Source: Eledone cirrhosa
Taxonomy: Eukaryota
Length of the DNA: 64,000 nucleotides
Reading direction: 5' to 3'
Assembly: GCA_964016885.1 (NCBI GenBank)
Contig: OZ024763.1
Location: forward strand, 18,972,001 to 19,036,000
In this document: positions 29,530 through 41,940 of the stretch, piece after piece
Layout of the letters: each line of letters starts with the position of its first letter
Numbering within the stretch: the first letter of the stretch is position 1
The notes under the pieces: generated by a model
Database searches by the model: none
What the model was told of the DNA's origin: nothing
The model's input: only the letters and a program-made list of their open reading frames with translations
Translations under genes and position numbers: made by a program

Positions 29530-32500
29530 TTATTATACTTTGAGAGGGTTATGTTGCCAATAAAAACACACACACCTGTTGGTTTTCGTTTCAATTTATA
29601 CGTTTCCGGTTGGTTGGTTGGATAACCGGAAGGTTGTTTATATATTATCAAAGCTCTTTCATCACACATTCTGTGACCTCCTCAATGACTAGGTTTTTAT
29701 TTTATGTGTCTCTCCTTTGTTCTGTCGTACACCATCTTGTTTTTGCATGTTGTGAGTTGCGTGCTTAGTTTGCGCATGCATTACATCCGTGTGTGTGTGT
29801 GTGCTTTTATTTATTCATTTATGTGTTTATTTACTTGTTCTATCTGTGTGATTTGTTTTGTAGGACAGAACAAAGGAGAGACACAAAATAAAACCTAGTC
29901 ACTGAGGAGGTCACAATGTGTGACGAAAGAGCTTTGACAATATATAAACAACCAACCGGTTATTGAACCAACCGAAAACTTATAATAAATTGAAATGAAA
30001 ACCAACAGGTGCATGTATTTTTATCAGTAGCATGACCCTCCTATAGTCTAACAGTGTTGGTAGCATGACCCTACTATAGTCTAACAGTGTTGGTAGCATG
30101 ACCCTCCTATAGTCCAACAGTGTTGGTAGCATGACCCTACTATAGTCCAACAGTGTTGGTAGCATGACCCTACTATAGTCTAACAGTGTTGGTAGCATGA
30201 CCCTACTATAGTCTAACAGTGTTGGTAGCATGACCCTATTATAGTCTAACAGTGTTGGTAGCATGACCCTACTATAGTCTAACAGTGTTGGTAGCATGAC
30301 CCTCCTATAGTCTAACAGTGTTGGTAGCATGACCCTATTATAGTCTAACAGTGTTGGTAGCATGACCCTCCTATAGTCTAACAGTGTTGGTAGCATGACC
30401 CTCCTATAGTCTAACAGTGTTGGTAGCATGACCCTACTATAGTCTAACAGTGTTGGTAGCATGACCCTACTATAGTCCAACAGTGTTGGTAGCATGACCC
30501 TCCTATAGTCTAACAGTGTTGGTAGCATGACCCTACTATAGTCTAACAGTGTTGGTAGCATGACCCTCCTATAGTCTAACAGTGTTGGTAGCATGACCCT
30601 ACTATAGTCCAACAGTGTTGGTAGCATGACCCTCCTATAGTCTAACAGTGTTGGTAGCATGACCCTACTATAGTCTAACAGTGTTGGTAGCATGACCCTA
30701 CTATAGTCCAACAGTGTTGGTAGCATGACCCTACTATAGTCTAACAGTGTTGGTAGCATGACCCTACTATAGTCCAACAGTGTTGGTAGCATGACCCTAC
30801 TATAGTCCAACAGTGTTGGTAGCATGACCCTACTATAGTCTAACAGTGTTGGTAGCATGACCCTCCTATAGTCCAACAATGTTGGTAGCATGACCCTACT
30901 ATAGTCCAACAGTGTTGGTAGCATGACCCTCCTATAGTCCAACAGTGTTGTTAGCATGACCCTCCTATAGTCCAACAGTGTTGGTAGCATGACCCTACTA
31001 TAGTCTAACAGTGTTGGTAGCATGACCCTACTATAGTCTAACAGTGTTGGTAGCATGACCCTACTATAGTCTAACAGTGTTGGTAGCATGACCCTACTAT
31101 AGTCTAACAGTGTTGGTAGCATGACCCTCCTATAGTCCAACAATGTTGGTAGCATGACCCTACTATAGTCCAACAGTGTTGGTAGCATGACCCTCCTATA
31201 GTCCAACAGTGTTGGTAGCATGACCCTCCTATAGTCCAACAGTGTTGGTAGCATGACCCTACTATAGTCTAACAGTGTTGGTAGCATGACCCTACTATAG
31301 TCTAACAGTGTTGGTAGCATGACCCTCCTATAGTCCAACAGTGTTGGTAGCATGACCCTCCTATAGTCCAACAGTGTTGGTAGCATGACCCTCCTATAGT
31401 CCAACAGTGTTGGTAGCATGACCCTACTATAGTCTAACAGTGTTGGTAGCATGACCCTCCTATAGTCCAACAATGTTGGTAGCATGACCCTACTATAGTC
31501 TAACAGTGTTGGTAGCATGACCCTCCTATAGTCCAACAGTGTTGGTAGCATGACCCTCCTATAGTCCAACAGTGTTGGTAGCATGACCCTACTATAGTCT
31601 AACAGTGTTGGTAGCATGACCCTCCTATAGTCCAACAATGTTGGTAGCATGACCCTACTATAGTCTAACAGTGTTGGTAGCATGACCCTCCTATAGTCCA
31701 ACAGTGTTGGTAGCATGACCCTCCTATAGTCCAACAGTGTTGGTAGCATGACCCTCCTATAGTCCAACAGTGTTGGTAGCATGACCCTACTATAGTCTAA
31801 CAGTGTTGGTAGCATGACCCTCCTATAGTCCAACAGTGTTGGTAGCATGACCCTCCTATAGTCCAACAGTGTTGGTAGCATGACCCTCCTATAGTCCAAC
31901 AATGTTGGTAGCATGACCCTACTATAGTCTAACAGTGTTGGTAGCATGACCCTACTATAGTCTAACAGTGTTGGTAGCATGACCCTCCTATAGTCCAACA
32001 GTGTTGGTAGCATGACCCTCCTATAGTCCAACAGTGTTGGTAGCATGACCCTCCTATAGTCCAACAGTGTTGGTAGCATGACCCTACTATAGTCTAACAG
32101 TGTTGGTAGCATGACCCTCCTATAGTCCAACAATGTTGGTAGCATGACCCTACTATAGTCTAACAGTGTTGGTAGCATGACCCTACTATAGTCTAACAGT
32201 GTTGGTAGCATGACCCTCCTATAGTCCAACAGTGTTGGTAGCATGACCCTCCTATAGTCCAACAGTGTTGGTAGCATGACCCTCCTATAGTCCAACAGTG
32301 TTGGTAGCATGACCCTCCTATAGTCCAACAGTGTTGGTAGCATGACCCTACTATAGTCTAACAGTGTTGGTAGCATGACCCTCCTATAGTCTAACAGTGT
32401 TGGTAGCATGACCCTACTATAGTCCAACAGTGTTGGTAGCATGACCCTCCTATAGTCTAACAGTGTTGGTAGCATGACCCTACTATAGTCTAACAGTGTT

Positions 32501-33660
32501 GGTAGCATGACCCTCCTATAGTCCAACAGTGTTGGTAGCATGACCCTCCTATAGTCCAACAGTGTTGGTAGCATGACCCTCCTATAGTCCAACAGTGTTG
32601 GTAGCATGACCCTCCTATAGTCCAACAGTGTTGGTAGCATGACCCTACTATAGTCTAACAGTGTTGGTAGCATGACCCTACTATAGTCCAACAGTGTTGG
32701 TAGCATGACCCTCCTATAGTCCAACAGTGTTGGTAGCATGACCCTACTATAGTCTAACAGTGTTGGTAGCATGACCCTACTATAGTCCAACAGTGTTGGT
32801 AGCATGACCCTCCTATAGTCTAACAGTGTTGGTAGCATGACCCTACTATAGTCTAACAGTGTTGGTAGCATGACCCTCCTATAGTCCAACAGTGTTGGTA
32901 GCATGACCCTCCTATAGTCCAACAGTGTTGGTAGCATGACCCTACTATAGTCTAACAGTGTTGGTAGCATGACCCTACTATAGTCCAACAGTGTTGGTAG
33001 CATGACCCTCCTATAGTCCAACAGTGTTGGTAGCATGACCCTACTATAGTCTAACAGTGTTGGTAGCATGACCCTACTATAGTCCAACAGTGTTGGTAGC
33101 ATGACCCTCCTATAGTCCAACAGTGTTGGTAGCATGACCCTACTATAGTCTAACAGTGTTGGTAGCATGACCCTACTATAGTCCAACAGTGTTGGTAGCA
33201 TGACCCTCCTATAGTCTAACAGTGTTGGTAGCATGACCCTACTATAGTCTAACAGTGTTGGTAGCATGACTCTCCTATAGTCCAACAGTGTTGGTAGCAT
33301 GACCCTCCTATAGTCTAACAGTGTTGGTAGCATGACCCTACTATAGTCCAACAGTGTTGGTAGCATGACCCTACTATAGTCTAACAGTGTTGGTAGCATG
33401 ACCCTCCTATAGTCCAACAGTGTTGGTAGCATGACCCTATTATAGTCTAACAGTGTTGGTAGCATGACCCTACTATAGTCTAACAGTGTTGGTAGCATGA
33501 CCCTACTATAGTCCAACAGTGTTGGTAGCATGACCCTATTATAGTCCAACAGTGTTGGTAGCATGACCCTCCTATAGTCCAACAGTGTTGGTAGCATGAC
33601 CCTCCTATAGTCCAACAATATGTTTCAACACACGTTTTCAGATAAGAAATCTTGCAAAAC
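29530..33660. mobile_element. Family-B-related fold-back element (hammerhead at 29898-29938 +) whose right arm contains the 33-bp minisatellite
   Basis: 29530-29730 and 29860-30045 are inverted repeats. GTCA-CTGAGGA-GGTCACA-ATG-TGTGAC-GAAA-GAGCTT-TGAC. Element sequence resumes at 33618-33660. Confidence 0.7.
30027..33617. repeat. 33-bp minisatellite, ~109 copies: GTAGCATGACCCT(C/A)CTATAGTC(C/T)AACAGTGTTG
   Basis: Tandem units with essentially two polymorphic positions. Explains the 1212-aa pseudo-ORF. Confidence 0.97.
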
Positions 33661-34245
33661 AAATTAAAAAACGTATTTTATATATATATATATATACATA
33701 CATACATATATATTATATATATATATACATACATACATATATATTATATATATATATACATACATATATATTATATATATATATATATACATACATATAT
33801 ATTATATATATATATACATACATACATATATATTATATATATATACATACATACATATATATTATATATATATATACATACATATATATATACATACATA
33901 CATATATATTATATATATATACATACATACATATATATTATATATATATACATACATACATATATATTATATATATATACATACATACATATATATTATA
34001 TATACACATATACATACATACATATATATTATATATACACATATACATACATATATATTATATATACACATATACATATGTATTATATATACACACATAT
34101 ACATATATATTATATATATATATATACATACATACACATATATATATATATACATACATACACATATATATACATACATAGACATATATATACATACATA
34201 CACATATATATACATACATACACATATATATATAATGTATATGTA

Positions 34246-34480
34246 CCAAACCATCACCAAACCTACCCAAACCATCACGAAATCTACCCAAACCATCACC
34301 AAACCTACCCAAACCATCACCAGACTTACCCAAACCATCACCAAACCTACTCAAACCATCACCAAACTTACCCAAACCGACCCAAACCATCACCAAACTT
34401 ACCCAAACCATCACCAAACCTACCCAAACCATCACCAAACCGACCCAAACCATCACCAAACTTACCCAAACCATCATCAA
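34246..34480. repeat. 21-bp minisatellite (CCAAACCATCACCAAACCTAC) adjacent to an NLK donor
   Basis: About 11 tandem copies. Confidence 0.85.
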
Positions 34481-34501
34481 ATTTTTGCCAAATTTACTCA
34501 C

Positions 34502-34700
34502 CTTTGACCTTTTGCACAGATATCAAATCGTCTTCAAAGTCGTAGTTGAAAGGCTGGTGACAGGAGGGTTCATATTCTGTGGCATAGTGGCGGGTTGACG
34601 GGCCATTATAACAACACTTACACATACAGGAATGGTATCGTAGCCGCCCCTCATCTATATAAGGGTGAGATAGAGCATCGCTGGCAGATATTCGTTTGTC
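34502..34700 (-). CDS. NLK: NLK internal exon (199 bp): [66 protein letters not shown]
   Basis: NLK-specific [14 protein letters not shown] Cys-rich C-terminal motif. ccag acceptor and GTGAG donor. Confidence 0.95.
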
Positions 34701-35113
34701 CTGGGGGGGTGAAGATAGATATAAACAGATGAATAGATGGATGGAGAGAGAGAGAGAGAGGGAGAGAGAGAGGGAGAGAGGGAGGGAGAGAGGGAGGGAG
34801 AGAGAGAGGGAGAGAGAGAGGGAGAGAGAGAGGGAGAGAGAGAGGGAGAGAGAGGGGGGGAGAGAGAGAGAGGGAGAGAGAGAGGGAGAGAGAGAGGGAG
34901 GGAGAGAGGGAGGGGAGAGAGAGAGAGGGAGAGAGAGAGAGAGAGAAAGAGAGAGGGAGGGAGAGAGGGAGAGAGAGAGATGGATGGGGGGAGAGAGATG
35001 GATGGGGGGAGAGAGATGGATGGGGGAGAGAGATGGATGGAGGGAGAGAGATGGATGGAGAGAGAGATGGATGGAGAGAGAGATAGATGGAGAGAGAGAG
35101 GGGGTGATATGGA

Positions 35114-35151
<38 letters not shown>

Positions 35152-35320
35152 TGGATGGATTGAGAGAGGGATAGAGTGAGAGAGGGATGGATGGAGAGAG
35201 AGAGATGGATAGATTGAGAGAGAGAGATGGATAGATTGAGAGAGGGGGATGGATGAATTGAGAGAGAGGGATGAACAGACATAGGCAGCGAGAGAGAGAC
35301 AGATGGAGAGATAGCTAGAT

Positions 35321-35371
<51 letters not shown>

Positions 35372-35533
35372 AAAATAGACAGGACCCCGACAGCTGAGCT
35401 CCAGCCGTTTCAGCAGCTAGATCCGAACACTGTTGGGGTTGTGACTCTTTTCCTATTACCCACTCTACTACCCTAAGTATTGAGTACTCTGGTGCGTTAT
35501 GGTCTACCTGGTTTCTTACCACACTTTCCTTGT

Positions 35534-35605
<72 letters not shown>

Positions 35606-35961
35606 TGAATGGAGAGAGATATAAATAGTCTACAGAGAGAGAGAGAGAGAGATGGATGAATGGAGAGAGATATAAATAGTCATACAGAGAGAGAGAGAGA
35701 GGTATGCAGCTAGATAGATAGAGACAGACATACAGTCAGACAGACACGCACACACACATATATATCTATATATATATATAGAGAGAGAGAGAGATGGAGA
35801 GACAGGTAGATATGTAAATAGATAGATAGATTGATTGATTGATTGATAAAGGCAGACGGACAGACAGGAAGACAGGCAGACAGACAGACAGACAGACAGA
35901 TATAGAGAAAACCTCATAGAGACATGAGGGGCCGTTACTGTGATGTAATTGTGGAACTTAC

Positions 35962-36150
35962 TGGATTGAACACAAGCATACGAGAGACAAGATGTATAGC
36001 TTCATGGGTGGCTTGACTAGACAAGGAATAAAGGGCAGTGAAAGAATTTGGTTTGTGTGGCTGACGGAGCATATGTGCTTTGGCTCCTTCACATGCTGTC
36101 CGCATGTCATCCAGACTCGGCGTACCGAGTAAATCTGTTATGAGATCAAG
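35962..36150 (-). CDS. NLK: NLK internal exon (189 bp): LDLITDLLGTPSLDDMRTACEGAKAHMLRQPHKPNSFTALYSLSSQATHEAIHLVSRMLVFNP
   Basis: ttccag acceptor and GTAAG donor, phase 0/0. MAPK insert and subdomain XI of NLK type. Confidence 0.95.
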
Positions 36151-36663
36151 CTGGAACAAAACAAAGGAGAAAAAAATATATATATATATACATTAGAAGA
36201 GGTTAGAGAGCTTGGCATAATAACATAATAATAATAATAATAATAATAATAAGGCCATCAATTACCCCAGTGCATTACTGGTACTTTATTTTGTGCGTTT
36301 TATATATACTTTCTTTGTTTTAGCTCATGTAGTTTTTTTTTTCTTTTGTTTTTCTTTTCAATTTTTTTCCCATCACAAGGGACACAATAATAATAATAAT
36401 TGTTTCTACTTTTGGCACAAGGCCAGCAATTATCCCAGTACATTACTGGTACTTTATTTTATCGACCCCGTAAGGATGAAAGGCAAAGTTAACCTCGGCA
36501 GGATTTGAACTCAGACCATAAAGGGCCATAACTCTGTGCTGCAAAGCATGGCTTCCGACCCTCTACCGATACTGCCAATCCACCACCCTACTAATGATAA
36601 CAAAAATACCGAGGACTAACATGAAGAAAACAACGCTCTTTGGAACTATTAGAACTGAAGTCC

Positions 36664-37295
36664 ATCACTTTACAGAGTGCACTGGGTGTACTTTATTGTG
36701 GCATCAGTACTATCACTTTACAGAGTGTACTGGGTGTATTTTATTATGACACCAGCACTACCACTTTACAGAGTGTAATGGGTGTATTTTATTGTGGCAC
36801 CAGCACTACCACTTTACAGAGTGCACTGGGTGTACTTTATTGTGGCATCAATACTATCACTTTACAGAGTGTACTGGGTGTATTTTATTATGACACCAGC
36901 ACCACCACTTTACAGAGTGTAATGGGTGTATTTTATTGTGGCATCAGTACTATCACTTTACAGAGTGTACTGGGTGTATTTTATTATGACACCAGCACTA
37001 CCACTTTAGAGAGTGCACTGGGTGTACTTTATTGTGACATCAGTACTATCACTTTACAGAGTGTACTAGGTGTATTTTATTATGACACCAGCACTACCAC
37101 TTTACAGAGTGCACTGGGTGTACTTTATTGTGACATCAGTACTATCACTTTACAGAGTGCACTGGGTGTACTTTATTGTGGCGTCAGTACTATCACTTTA
37201 CAGAGTGTACTGGGTGTATTTTATTGTGATACCAGCACTACCACTTTACAGAGTGGCATCAGCACTACCACTTTACAGAGTGTACTGGGTGCAGT
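36664..37295. repeat. 48-bp minisatellite, ~13 copies with alternating variants
   Basis: CACTTTACAGAGTG(T/C)ACTGGGTGTA..TTATT.TG.CA.CAG.ACTA.. tandem. Gives a 16-aa periodic pseudo-ORF. Confidence 0.9.
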
Positions 37296-37426
37296 TTAGC
37301 ATGGCACCTGCACTAGAGAGAGAGAGAGAGAGGGAGGGAGCCAGAGAGAAACAGAGAAAGATATATATATATAGAGAGAGAGAGAGAGAGCCTGCCCATT
37401 GTATCATGCAGAGTAGTCTCCCTTAC

Positions 37427-37636
37427 CTGTTGAATTGGGCCCTGGGCTTGGAATAATATTCTCCTTCCGAGCAACTCGGCGAATATGCACCCAACAGACC
37501 AGATATCGACAGCAGAGGTATAGTGTTTGGCCCCCATTAATATTTCAGGGGCACGATAGTATTGGGTGACCACTTCTTGGGTCATGTGTGTATCTTCATT
37601 AGGTTCCTCGACCCGGGCTAAACCAAAGTCACAGAT
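37427..37636 (-). CDS. NLK: NLK internal exon (210 bp): [70 protein letters not shown]
   Basis: DFG and APE motifs plus the NLK-diagnostic TQE in place of the MAPK TxY. Canonical AG/GT borders. Confidence 0.97.
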
Positions 37637-38263
37637 CTGAAAAGATACAGAAAAAAAAAACATATACATTATATACGTGACTTCTACCGACCAATCAGAA
37701 TTATAGTGCTTATTCACGTGACATTCAACAACCAACCAAATCACGAACGCTCTATCTCAAAGTTATTTTTGAAAAGCATTTGAAATGCGCAACCGGTAAA
37801 AAACATAAAACTAACACTGAATACTAACCATTACTTATTACTAATTTATACTTATTCCTAATTAAACTATTTTTCACTGGAAAAAATCTGTCAGCATTTT
37901 CTTTTCCTTTTTACTAATATCATCATCATCATTTTACGTCTGCTTTTCCCTGCTTGCAAGGGTGGGACGGGAACTGATTCTGGCTTGATTTCTACAGCTG
38001 GATGCCCTTCCTAACACGAACCTCATTTACAGTGAGTGCTGGGTGGTTTTTGCCGTGGAATGATATGGACCCCAGTCCCTATCATCTCATTTCTACAGCT
38101 GAGTAAACTGGAGCAATGTGAAATAAAGTGTCTTGCTCAAGGAAACAACACACCACCCGGTCTGAGATTTGAACTGACAACCTTTCCATTGCAAGGCCAA
38201 TGCTCTAACCACTAAGCCATGTGCCTCCATTATATATATATATATACACATATATAAATAATA

Positions 38264-38323
<60 letters not shown>

Positions 38324-38448
38324 AAATGAAGTAATTCCGTCGGAAAAGTCCAGGAAAAAAGAGTGCTCTATGTAAGTAACAGAGCATAATAGTTATGTAA
38401 TAAACAACAAAGCAATTATGAAATAATTGCCTTATGTTGTTTATTACA

Positions 38449-38488
<40 letters not shown>

Positions 38489-39344
38489 CACTTCATCATA
38501 TATATATATACACTACATTATATATATACATATAAATACACTACATTATATATATACATATATAGAAAGTGTTAAAACGATCAAATTTTAATTTAGAACA
38601 TTTATTAGCTGACAATTGTTTATTCCAGCTTCGTGTCCCTTAGGTCCGCGCTCTGCATGCCTCAACTCGGAGGTCCCTGTTTACGAGTAGTTCCTATGGC
38701 AGTCGCTGCTGCGTGGAGACAGGGGTTTTTCCACATCCATTGATGTCATCATTATTTGACGAGGTTTCGTGTCTCTCCACGCTAAAATGAAAGAGGTCTA
38801 AAACAAAGAGCTGGACACCGTCTCTGAGGCGTGCTGTCCCCTAGAACTCGTCGGCCGACTCACAACCCAGCGAAGCATTGTGGGTGAGTTCGAACCGGAC
38901 GCGTTAACAGCGGGGCTGGTGCCATCGATGAGGCTGTGTTAGAGGGCTAAAATACACTACATTATATATACATATATATATATAAGAGAGTGTTGAAGTT
39001 TGCTTGAAGCATTGTGGAACAATAAGTAAATATCTTTAAGTCGTTTGGAAGCCTCGACAATGCAAATGGGTAAATCTCCGGGTAACAAGGTCCGGTGGTG
39101 GAGAGAGAGATATGTAAGTGGGTGTACGTTGAGATGCGTGGTGTGTATAAGATGTGTGAGATGTGTAGAATGAATATATATATAAATACACTACATTATA
39201 TATACATATATATATCATATATATCATCATCATCGTTTAACATCTATCTTCCACGCTAGCATGGGTTAGGTGGGAATTGTCCCACTTGAGGCAAGATTGA
39301 TCGGGTGACCATGTCTCGCTCATATAGGACTATATATATATATA

Positions 39345-39500
39345 TACAAGGGGGCTTCAAAAACTTTGTTGAAAAAGGACAGTTGGAAAAAATGGTTTAA
39401 GTCATGATGTTTATTTTTCAACATATGCTCCAGCTAGGTCAATATACTTCTGCAAATGTTAATACCAGCCTTTAAGTCCATATGTGTAAAACTGAGGGCC
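39345..39500 (-). mobile_element. Mariner transposon 3' remnant (transposase C-terminus + TIR)
   Basis: FYTYGLKGWY*HLQKYIDLAGAYVEK* resembles the C-terminus of irritans/Hsmar2-type mariner transposases. The end TACAAGGGGGCTTCAAAAA sits in TA. Confidence 0.65.
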
Positions 39501-40311
39501 ATGAGATTTAACCCTTTAATGTTCAAACTGGCCAAAACCGACCAGAATTCTCTACCTCTTTCTGTTGAAACTGTCTGTAACTGGTCACTCAAACTGATGT
39601 TAAGGTATTGTTCTCAAAATAAATACTTTCAAAATCTCATAGATTCGATATTATGTGAGGTAATTATGTGAGGTAATTATGTGAGATAATTATGTGAGAT
39701 AATTATGTGAGGTAAAGCATTTACCATAAAAATATAATTGTTTCTACTATTGGCACAAGGCCAGCAATTACTCAGTACATTACTGGTACTTTATTTTATC
39801 GACCTCGTAAGGATGAAAGGCAAAGTTAACCTCGGCGCGATTTGAACTCAGAATGGCAAGGGCCGTAACTCTATGCGTCAAAGCATGACGTCCGACTCTC
39901 TACCAATCCTGCCAGTTCACCACCCTTTTCATTTACCATGAAAATATAATAGTATATATAGAGTAATGTGACTGTCAAAGCAGCTTTTTTTTTACATCTT
40001 CAACTGTGGATCATCTTCAACCTCATCTCTTCCATTTCTAAAACGACATCCATTTGTTGGTTGTTTTTTGGAACACTTCAAAAGGCATGCTTGCTGGGAA
40101 CAGCAAGAACTCTCCGATACGTCCTGAATATCTGAGGCTGCAGGTAGCGACTTGATATTCATTTCAACAAACTTTCCAGTTAAATAACATCAATGACTGA
40201 AACTCAAAGAACAATAATAATGTATCTACTTTTGGCACAAGGCAAGCAATTACCCCAGTGCATTACTGGTACTTTATTTTATCGACCCCGTAAGGATGAA
40301 AGGCAAAGTTA

Positions 40312-40497
<186 letters not shown>

Positions 40498-40591
40498 TTA
40501 GAGAAGAAACCCAACCCACCCCACTCAAGTAAGTGTTTTCGCCCATAACTTAATATGTACATATATAATTGTATTAACATATATATATATA

Positions 40592-40982
40592 TATTGTTAT
40601 ACTTGGGGAGGGTCATATTGTTGTAATAATATTGCCAGAAATCTACAGATAAAATAAAAATGGCTTAGATATACAATACAACAGAGGAACATAATAGTAC
40701 CACTGATGATGTTGCAGATATGCAACGAAAGAACTTTGTTAGACTATATATATGTGTTTATATCTATATTATATCTGTATTTTTTACCGTTGGTCAGTCA
40801 ATGATAAACATTGAGCACCAAATGAATTAACTGTGGAGATATAAAAGATACAGAAGTGAAAACCAACCAAACAGTGAGTGAGTTCTGTTATTATTTCTGG
40901 CAATATTATTACAACAATATGACCCTCCCCAAGTATAACAATATTTGTTTCGACACACGATTTCATATCAAAAACCTCGCAA

Positions 40983-40987
<5 letters not shown>
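40592..40987. mobile_element. Family-B TA-inserted element with inverted ends and a hammerhead at ~40699-40740 (+). Relatives at 8092-8447 (HHR 8259-8300 -), 12064-12553 (HHR 12318-12358 -) and 28558-28730.
   Basis: CTGATGA-TGTTGCA-GATA-TGCAAC-GAAA-GAACTT. Shared ATGACCCTCCCCAA(A/G)TATAACAA segment in inverted orientation. Confidence 0.7.
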
Positions 40988-41030
<43 letters not shown>

Positions 41031-41194
41031 CACATAGAACTTTTTATAAAAAATATATTAAATATATATTTTGAAGATGTATTTTTACTTTCTTAAATTT
41101 ACACTCTAAGAGGGCGGTCCACACCCAGGTCATGTCTCCTGGGTGCCCTTCTGCTGACATATAGCCATTCAGATATCAGGGACTTGCTGTATAT

Positions 41195-41940
41195 TTAACT
41201 CTTTAGCATTTAAACCGGCTGTATCAGGCCAGAATTCTCTCACCTCTTTCTGTTCAAACCACCCATAACCAGCTGCACATACTTATGTTAAGGTATTGTT
41301 CTCAAAAATAAATAATACAGGTAAAATTCCGTTATAACGAATGCCATTATAACAAATTTTCCAGTATAACAAAATCTTTTTCAATCCCTGAGGTAATAAA
41401 CAAATGTTCAATTTGTTTCTGTCGATCTTGTTATTAACAATTTTTCGTTACAACAAATTTTTTTTTTATACCCCATAAATTTAGTTATAACTATATCAAA
41501 ATCTCATAGGTTCCATATTATGTGAGATAATTATGTGAGGTAAAGCCTTTACTGTAAAAATACAATAGTAAATATAGACTAATGTAAATACTAAAGGGTT
41601 AAACTGTAGGAGATTTTGTTAACAGGATCTAGCTGGCCCTAGAAACTGAAGCAAAGAAGAAAGACAGTTGTTTTTATAGTAAATTTAGAGTAATGTAAAT
41701 GCTAAAGGGGTAACCCTTTAGCATTTAAACCAGCCATATCCGACCAGAATTCTCTCCCTACTTTCTGTTCAAACCAGTCGTAACCGGCCGCTCATACTAA
41801 TGTTACGGTATAAATAATATAAAATAAATACAAAATAAATAAAATAAAACTCTCATAGATTCAATATTATGTAAGATAATTATGTGAAATAAAGTGTTTA
41901 CAATAGTATATATAGAATAATGTAAATACTAAAGGGTTAA
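41195..41940 (+). mobile_element. Two adjacent piggyBac-like MITEs (41199-41598 and 41714-41936). A third partial copy lies at ~39508-39970.
   Basis: Terminal inverted repeats CCCTTTAGCATTT / AAATACTAAAGGG flanked by TTAA (or TAA). Internal sequence is shared. Confidence 0.65.
41316..41492 (+). mobile_element. Tigger/pogo-like MITE fragment nested in the piggyBac-like MITE
   Basis: TA-CAGGTAAAATTCCGTTATAACGA start with repeated (G)TTATAAC subterminal motifs. Absent from the sister MITE copy. Confidence 0.45.

Noticed and set aside
29980-33618. 1212-aa ORF of LLDYxRVMLPT repeats, or a CRISPR-like array
   Set aside because: It is a tandem 33-bp unit (a multiple of 3 with no stop in one frame). 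It has no unique spacers and no cas genes, lies in an intron, and derives from a TE arm.
36640-37299. 219-aa repetitive ORF
   Set aside because: A 48-bp minisatellite antisense within an NLK intron.
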